A stretch of 64,000 nucleotides of DNA from Syntrophorhabdaceae bacterium (GTDB lineage Bacteria > Desulfobacterota > Syntrophorhabdia > Syntrophorhabdales > Syntrophorhabdaceae): assembly GCA_963666485.2 (NCBI GenBank), contig CAXXUO010000003.1:352001-416000 (forward strand). The letters are read 5' to 3'. Each line of letters opens with the position of its first letter. Positions within the stretch are counted from its first letter, which is position 1. The notes under the pieces were generated by a model, which saw only the letters and a list, made by a program, of their open reading frames with translations, had not been told where the DNA came from and did not search any database. Shown piece by piece: positions 58,259-64,000 of the stretch. A program made the translations under genes and the position numbers.

Positions 58259-58509
58259 CGCAGGCCCTCGATGATTGCCTCGAGGTCCTTCTCCCGCGAG
58301 TCCTGGATCTTCTTGTTCAGGATGAAAAACTTCGCCCCTTCAGCATCGGTGCAGTAAAGATCCCCGACTACCTTCCAGACTACCGGCAGGTATTCACCTG
58401 CCGGGGGTAGGGGCGGGATTGTCGGTTTGACGTATTCCGTCTGTAACACCGGCTTTGTACAGGCTATTAAGCTCAGACAGAATATCACCACCGCCAACAC
58501 ATGTCGCAT
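58255..58509 (-). CDS. o-spanin (Rz1-like lipoprotein)
   Basis: Lipobox LIAC, Pro-rich PTIPPLPP; overlaps the 3' end of the i-spanin in another frame. Confidence 0.75.
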   Translation of the reverse strand: MRHVLAVVIFCLSLIACTKPVLQTEYVKPTIPPLPPAGEYLPVVWKVVGDLYCTDAEGAKFFILNKKIQDSREKDLEAIIEGLR

Positions 58510-58780
58510 TTGACGCTCCTTTGAGCTTTAAGATCCGCTCGAATTCTTTGATCAGTTTGTCCTTCCCGATAATCCGCGTAGTACAGGTCGAGGTCGCCTT
58601 CAGGATCTCTTCCTTCTGCGCCTGGATTGTCATACGGTCTTTCGCATGAGCCTCCTGCTCGACCTTGAGTTCTACCCTCGCCACCTTCACCTGGGCGTCT
58701 TTATACTTCCACATCCCGCCCGCCCCGAGTATCATGGGGACAAGGATAATAATTGCCCACTTAATCGCGAATGCTTGCAT
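58394..58780 (-). CDS. i-spanin (Rz-like)
   Basis: Single N-terminal TM (MQAFAIKWAIIILVPMILGAGG) followed by coiled coil; downstream of endolysin and holin. Confidence 0.75.
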   Translation of the reverse strand: MQAFAIKWAIIILVPMILGAGGMWKYKDAQVKVARVELKVEQEAHAKDRMTIQAQKEEILKATSTCTTRIIGKDKLIKEFERILKLKGASNATCVGGGDILSELNSLYKAGVTDGIRQTDNPAPTPGR

Positions 58781-59015
58781 CTGGCACCGCTCCTTTCTGG
58801 TTGTAGTACGTCTGGGCCACGTAGGACCCTTGTTTAATCCCGTAGATCGCGGCCACAATCGAGGCGAACTCGAAGCCGGTGACCGGCAGCGTGCGCTTCA
58901 AAACAAACGCCGCTATCATAAGCCCTGAATAGATCACGACCATGAAGAAGATACAGACGGACCCGAGGGACAACTCCCCCGTCGGCGTGAGGAGGGATTT
59001 AAAGAATGTTCTCAT
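58761..59015 (-). CDS. Putative holin (two TM)
   Basis: 84 aa, two TMs, between endolysin and spanins. Confidence 0.7.
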   Translation of the reverse strand: MRTFFKSLLTPTGELSLGSVCIFFMVVIYSGLMIAAFVLKRTLPVTGFEFASIVAAIYGIKQGSYVAQTYYNQKGAVPDASIRD

Positions 59016-59451
59016 CAAGCGGGGCCATGCCCCTCGCCTCCCAGTCACGGACGTCGAACCCGGGGCAGGTCTTCAGCCATTCCCACGGTTCGATGATGCC
59101 GTCGCCGTTCTTGTCCGGGCTGAAGTCCCGATGCCCATACCACTGGGCCATGGGGAAGCGGGTGCTCAGATCGTCGTGGAGGGTGGCCAGGGACTGCCAT
59201 TGTTCTTGGGTGAACCTGTCCGTCCCTATCATGCAGATCCCGATGGTCTTCGCGTTCGCCCCCTCGACATGGGCTCCGATCTCTTCGACCGGGCGGCCTA
59301 TCTCGATCGTGCCGTCAAGGTCGATGACGAAGTGATACCCTATCTTCTTCCACCCGCGTTGTTTGTGCCACTGGTCGATGTCCGAGGCGAAGAAGGCCTG
59401 TCCGTTCGGGGTGGCCGAGCAGTGGACCACTATTGCTTTGATCTCCCTCAT
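58999..59451 (-). CDS. N-acetylmuramoyl-L-alanine amidase endolysin (T7 lysozyme-like)
   Basis: IVVHCSAT, GWKKIGYHFVI, IGAHV, GHRD and KTCPGF motifs. Confidence 0.93.
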   Translation of the reverse strand: MREIKAIVVHCSATPNGQAFFASDIDQWHKQRGWKKIGYHFVIDLDGTIEIGRPVEEIGAHVEGANAKTIGICMIGTDRFTQEQWQSLATLHDDLSTRFPMAQWYGHRDFSPDKNGDGIIEPWEWLKTCPGFDVRDWEARGMAPLDENIL

Positions 59452-59594
59452 TTCTTATCTCCCTTGAACTTACCGATGATATCGACGGCCTTGTCCTCAT
59501 CATCCTTAAACCGGGCGGTATTGTTCCGGTAGCAGAGGAACCCAATCCCGAAGCCTATAATGCAGCCGAGCAGAAATGCCATTGCTACGAACAT
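59448..59594 (-). CDS. Small single-TM phage protein (48 aa, not in the track)
   Basis: MFVAMAFLLGCIIGFGIGFLCYRNNTARFKDDEDKAVDIIGKFKGDKK; its stop overlaps the endolysin ATG. Confidence 0.65.
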   Translation of the reverse strand: MFVAMAFLLGCIIGFGIGFLCYRNNTARFKDDEDKAVDIIGKFKGDKK

Positions 59595-59602
59595 GATCCC
59601 CC

Positions 59603-59998
59603 CTATTTTTTATTGTTCTTGCTGTTCTCGATCATACCCTTGAGAATGATGTTGTTATCCTGGCTAACCTGGAACTGGATTGCCATGCGCCTCTCAAGTT
59701 CCATCAGGTCTGATTTTTTGCTCGTCTGGTTCACGGCCAGGGTCACTATCGTCCCGATCAGGGTCATAATAATGGTGACCGCCGTGACGATCAGGTAGTT
59801 CTTGGCGCTATGGAAGCAGCCATTCATGCTGTCCTTGAGTTCGGTTAATTTATCCTGGGCCACGTCGAGCCGCTCGTGGATCCTGATGATCTGGCCCTCG
59901 TTAGTCTGGTGCTGCACCTCACAATGCTCCCTGAACCTCTGAAGTTCTTCGCTCAATGTATCATGCCTCTCATCGCAGAGTTTCTCGTCGACCACCAT
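59603..59998 (-). CDS. Phage coiled-coil + TM protein (hemolysin XhlA/holin-associated type)
   Basis: CDERH...IHERLD, then one TM; GGAGG RBS. Confidence 0.7.
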   Translation of the reverse strand: MVVDEKLCDERHDTLSEELQRFREHCEVQHQTNEGQIIRIHERLDVAQDKLTELKDSMNGCFHSAKNYLIVTAVTIIMTLIGTIVTLAVNQTSKKSDLMELERRMAIQFQVSQDNNIILKGMIENSKNNKK

Positions 59999-60010
59999 GC
60001 ACCTCCTGGG

Positions 60011-60041
60011 AAAAGGTAAAGGGCGGAGGTTGTCCGCCCTT
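60011..60041 (-). terminator. Hairpin/terminator before the lysis cassette
   Basis: AAGGGCGGA/TCCGCCCTT stem followed by a T-rich tract on the minus strand. Confidence 0.55.
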
Positions 60042-60049
60042 CCATGTCA

Positions 60050-60712
60050 TTATGCCGGAATCTCTTCCCAGGTGATGCTGTAGCCGCCGACCATGGTCGT
60101 ACCCTGAGCTGCCCATGACGGGACCCAGAGGGAGTTCGGAGGCAGGACGATGTCGCCATCGATGAGATCCATGAAAGCGACGCCGCCGAGGTTGGCATAG
60201 GTGCCGGCCGTGATGTTAAGGCCCATCAGCCTAATGCCGCGGGTTGCGCCGCCACCCGTCAGGGCCGAGCCGGTGACGTGGGTGAGGTAGCCGGCCTTGC
60301 CAGCGTATGTACTTATCCCGGCATTGTGGTTGCCGACGTAGGACGTTACAGCGAGGGCTGGGGTGATAGTCGGGGCTATTGACGCAACGGAGTGCCAGAG
60401 ACCAGAGATAGGCGAGGTGCCGGATGTGATGTTCAAGGAGAACTTGAGGAGAGACAGGTTGACGCCCGATCCTGCCGGGTTCCACAATGCAAACTGGGTG
60501 GATGCGGCAGCTGCCGCGCCGAGGATGTTGCCGGCGGAGATGTTCGTGGTCGTGGCCGACATGATGAGCGTGTAGATCCTACCTGCGAGCGCCGATTCGT
60601 GGAATTTACCCTGGGCCTGCGCGACCATGAGGGCGCCTTCAATGTTTGTTCTCAGGGGAGCCTGGACTCCCGATCCTATTTTGATAAGTCCTGATTTACC
60701 TTCTGCTAACAT
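60050..60712 (-). CDS. Phage hypothetical protein (likely virion structural)
   Basis: Ala/Gly/Thr-rich, LWNPAGSG, ends in ITWEE; AGGAGG RBS. Confidence 0.75.
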   Translation of the reverse strand: MLAEGKSGLIKIGSGVQAPLRTNIEGALMVAQAQGKFHESALAGRIYTLIMSATTTNISAGNILGAAAAASTQFALWNPAGSGVNLSLLKFSLNITSGTSPISGLWHSVASIAPTITPALAVTSYVGNHNAGISTYAGKAGYLTHVTGSALTGGGATRGIRLMGLNITAGTYANLGGVAFMDLIDGDIVLPPNSLWVPSWAAQGTTMVGGYSITWEEIPA

Positions 60713-60726
60713 GATATGCCTCCTGA

Positions 60727-60912
60727 TTATTGGATTACTTGTGATAGTGCGAAGGTCAAGGAAAGGTCCTCGACCCAGTTCGACCCGTCATGGATCCACT
60801 TCTGTCCCGTATTGACCTCGTAAAAGGTGCTGCCTGGGAAGACTCCGGTTGGTTTTGTGTCTGAAGATAGGCCGATGAAGTGTTCTGCCGATTCAGTGCT
60901 TCGGACCGCCAT
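60727..60912 (-). CDS. Phage hypothetical protein
   Basis: MAVRS...FIGLSSDTKPT...GSTFYEVNTG; GGAGG RBS. Confidence 0.75.
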   Translation of the reverse strand: MAVRSTESAEHFIGLSSDTKPTGVFPGSTFYEVNTGQKWIHDGSNWVEDLSLTFALSQVIQ

Positions 60913-61041
60913 TCTCTTACCTCCCTCGGGCCGATAAAAGAAAGGCCCGACTGTTTGTATCAGCCGGGCCAAATGGTCCTCGTCCTGATTGTGGACTGCT
61001 ATCTACTTTCTATTATACTTAACCGCAAAAACCTGTCAAGT

Positions 61042-62190
61042 TTATTCCTCGTCGTCGGCGCGGTCCCGGGACAAACGGTACCTCTCCGACTTCGACAGCT
61101 TGTGGAGGTTCCTGCCCTGGTCCCTGATGCTGCTATACTTCATGAACGGCACAAGGCCCGTCAGGTCGGCGTCCCGGATCGACTGGTTGTATTCCATCTG
61201 GGCCTGCATGAGCTTCGTCATCCCGGCGGTGCTCCGGCCTGGATCAGCGAAATATGCCCGGGCCTGCTTATAGATGTTGTCCCTTTTGTTCTCGAAGGTC
61301 TTCACCAGGTCGCGGTGTTCCTGGCGCCTCTCTGTGAGGACCGCCTGTTCACTCGGCCTGAATCCTGCCGCCCTGAGAGCTGCCTGAGCGGGATTGAGTT
61401 TCACCAGCCTGCCGGAGTCGTTGATAAGCGGATGGCCGCTCTCCGAGAAAACACCGTGGTTCTTTTCACGCTCCGACCTTAAGATGTTGGAGACGCCTGT
61501 GGGAAGCATCTTCTCTGCTGCCCGCCCCCGGTTGTCCTGTCAGTGCGAATTCCCCTGCCTTCCAGAAGTCGACAGGGATGCTGCCCGCGGGCGCCGGTTA
61601 CTTCCCATATGGTCCTTCGGGATGCCGACGCCGATAGACAGGGACCCACTGATATCGATGCCGGCAAGGCCCGTTTACCCCGTGGCGTGCGGCGAGTTCT
61701 GCCCTTGGCGCCGAAGCGGTGTCTGATCGAATCGTAGATCACCTTCTCGAGCGGCTGCTTGCCGTAACCGAGGAGCTTCCGGATAATGTCGATGAACCCG
61801 AACATCAAATCCTTCAGCGGCCAGGCTGATCCGCCGGCGAGGATGAGGGGAGAGAGGAAGCCCCAGAAGAAGGCCTTCATGTCGTGCTTTTTGAAGCCTA
61901 GGTCATACATCATCTGCAGGTAATTATGCCCGAACTTGCCGTAGACGTACATCATCTGGCCTGCCTTTGCAGCGACGTTCCCACCCTGGGCCCAGGCGGG
62001 CAACGTAGAGCGCCCGTAAAGCCCGTGCGCTTTGTTTGACGCATCGATCGCAGTCTCGTAGGGCCTGCTGGTTATCCTTGCCTGTTGCCTTCGCCAGGCG
62101 GTATCCTGCGAGCATCGTGGCGGTCCGGTTGAACCTCTTCGGTCTTGCCGAACATCCACATGGCCGCGGCCATTGCCTTCGACCAGAGCC
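61042..62190 (-). CDS. C-terminal part of a large phage protein (ejection/polyvalent-type), broken by apparent sequencing frameshifts
   Basis: Removing single bases from homopolymers gives one continuous frame: MWMFGKTEEFNRTATMLAGYRLA...AHGLYGRSTLP...GIDISGSLSIG...AAEKMLPTG... Confidence 0.7.
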
Positions 62191-62777
62191 GTTTGTGGAT
62201 CTTGTTTCAAACCAATGAGGTCAATCAAGGGCATTATTCGCGCAATGCCCTTTGGATTCATTCCGTGGCCGTGGCCAGTTGCGGCAAACTCATCGCCCGC
62301 CGGGAGTTGCGCCATAACGGGAATGAAGTTTATACGGCGGGACTGCTCCATGACATTGGACTTATTGTCATCGACCAGTTTCTCCGGAGTGAATTCCTGA
62401 CCATGATCAAGTCCATGGAACACCAGGGTCTCGAAATCTGGCAGGCCGAAAAGAACGCTTTCCCGTTCTGCCACGATGAGATCGGCGGTCTCCTTCTCAA
62501 AGAATGGAATTTTCCTGATAAATTGAGTCTGGCCGTCTTGCAGGCGGAAAGACCCACGGAACCCCAGATCGATGAGCAGGAAGAAACGACCGTACTCCAT
62601 ATTGCCCATTACTGTTGCCAGGAGCGAAATATGGGCTATCGCGAACCGATATCCTACGATCCCCTTTTATATCAGCGCTGCCTGAAAAGGTTAGGTATTG
62701 AAGAACGGGCAATGGAGTTCATCATGGACGATGTAGAAGAGCAGATTCGTCAAATGGTGGCAAATGGCTGGTTCTAG
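62191..62777 (+). CDS. HDOD domain protein, 5' part missing
   Basis: LWIHSVAVA, AGLLHDIG, HDEIGG and WNFP motifs; the N-terminal HDOD helices are absent. Confidence 0.85.
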
Positions 62778-64000
62778 ACTGGAGCATGATCGCGATGATC
62801 CGAAGAAAGGCCGGGATCTGATGAAAAAGATCCGGGATATGGAGATTCGCCTGCGCCATGTTGAAAATGAATATCACCTTTCTGAGGAAGAGTCCCGGAA
62901 AGCCACCCTCCGCTACATCGAGATCATGGAGGAGTTGAGACGGAAAAATGAAACCCTAGAGTCATTGAAAAACGAACTGGAAGAACGCGTCAAGATCCGA
63001 ACCTCCTCTCTGGAAGCTTCCTACAGAGCCCTGACGGAAGAAATTGAGAAAAACAAAGCCATCCAGAAAGAACTGCGGGAAAAAGACAAAAAACTGCTGT
63101 ATGCCCAGAAGATGGAAGCGGTCGGGACCCTGGCGGGGGGCATCGCCCATGATTTCAACAATCTGCTGATGTGCGTTCAGGGGAATATCTCCCTGATTCT
63201 CCTGGGTCTGGACTCCGCCCATAATCATTACGACAAAGTAAAAAACATCGAAGAACAGGTTAAAAGCGGTGTTTCTCTGACACGGCAGTTGCTTAATTTT
63301 GCCGTTCCACGAGAGCAGGAGTTTGTCCCCCTCGATATTAATGAAATCATTAGTAAAACGTCCGCCATGTTTGGGCGTACCCGCAAGGAACTGGTCATCG
63401 AAAAGTTTCTGGAACATGATCTGGGATCGGTCAAAGCCGATAAGGGGCAAATTGAGCAGGTGTTGTTGAATCTTTATGTCAATGCTTCTCAGGCGATGCC
63501 CGGCGGCGGGTGTTTGATTCTGAAAACGGAGAGTGTCGACCTGACAGCCGAAGAAGCCCGTACATATTTTGTCCAGGAGGGAACCTATGCCCGAATTTCC
63601 GTTATCGATAACGGTGTCGGCATGGATGAAAAAACCCGGGAAAGAATCTTTGACCCCTTCTTTACAACCAAAGAAATGGGGCGAGGTTATGGGTTAGGAC
63701 TTGCTTCCGTTTATGGAATCATCAAAGGGCACCATGGTTTCGTGGAGGTACAGAGCCAGAAAGGCAAGGGGTCTACTTTCGTCCTTTATCTTCCCAAATC
63801 GTCAGGTATTTCCGAGAAACAGGAAACTCCGTTTCGTGATGAAATACTGCACGGTCAGGAAACCATTCTCTTTGTTGATGATGAATTAACCATCATCGAA
63901 GTCATGCAGGATATCCTGGAGGCCCTCGGTTATCGGGTGCTGACCGCCGGCAGTGGAGAAGAGGCTGTTAATATTTATGATGCGAAGAAGGAAGAGATTG
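62764..64000 (+). CDS. Hybrid histidine kinase (CckA-like HK + receiver), runs off the window
   Basis: Manual translation: coiled coil, [43 protein letters not shown], receiver LFVDDE. Confidence 0.92.
   Translation, partial: MAGSRLEHDRDDPKKGRDLMKKIRDMEIRLRHVENEYHLSEEESRKATLRYIEIMEELRRKNETLESLKNELEERVKIRTSSLEASYRALTEEIEKNKAIQKELREKDKKLLYAQKMEAVGTLAGGIAHDFNNLLMCVQGNISLILLGLDSAHNHYDKVKNIEEQVKSGVSLTRQLLNFAVPREQEFVPLDINEIISKTSAMFGRTRKELVIEKFLEHDLGSVKADKGQIEQVLLNLYVNASQAMPGGGCLILKTESVDLTAEEARTYFVQEGTYARISVIDNGVGMDEKTRERIFDPFFTTKEMGRGYGLGLASVYGIIKGHHGFVEVQSQKGKGSTFVLYLPKSSGISEKQETPFRDEILHGQETILFVDDELTIIEVMQDILEALGYRVLTAGSGEEAVNIYDAKKEEI

Larger units (their letters stand above)
57316..62190 (-). 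mobile_element. Prophage end (virion genes and lysis cassette)
   Basis: att fragment plus co-oriented amidase endolysin, holin, spanins and phage-like hypothetical proteins. Confidence 0.88.

Noticed and set aside
61479..62609. 376-aa minus-strand ORF
   Set aside because: Composite of HDOD antisense sequence and frame-hopping pieces of the phage gene across the suspected junction.
62962..63889. ORFs 62962-63450, 63228-63434 and 63701-63889
   Set aside because: Shadows of the plus-strand hybrid kinase that runs off the window.

Overview
Mostly chromosomal DNA of an anaerobic, GC-rich deltaproteobacterium. The gene style suggests Syntrophorhabdus/Syntrophales; this is inference. Bases 1-57.3 kb carry housekeeping and metabolic genes: class II FBP aldolase, glgX, ftsH, degP, tRNA-fMet, glmS, a truncated glmU, tatBC, rubrerythrin, argS, lepB, three Hsp20s, a YedF/desulfurase/DUF3343 trio, glgP and an OYE-type oxidoreductase. 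Accessory loci are interspersed: (i) a translationally coupled six-gene operon of three glycosyltransferase-fold proteins, a radical SAM/Twitch enzyme, a membrane protein and a small Zn-finger protein with an acidic WDS-repeat tail; (ii) a porin to molybdenum-storage-protein-like cluster; (iii) a membrane adenylate cyclase-TPR-degenerate HD-GYP fusion; (iv) a doubly degenerate PurF paralog next to a sigma54-driven outer membrane protein; (v) an autotransporter with an uncharacterised passenger domain. At 57316-57359 a 3' tRNA-Arg(CCT) fragment marks the att end of a prophage, whose lysis cassette and virion genes run to about 62190. There the sequence is full of homopolymer +1 insertions and switches abruptly to an unrelated HDOD/hybrid histidine kinase locus, probably an assembly junction. 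Several gene ends carry heptamer-repeat hairpins.
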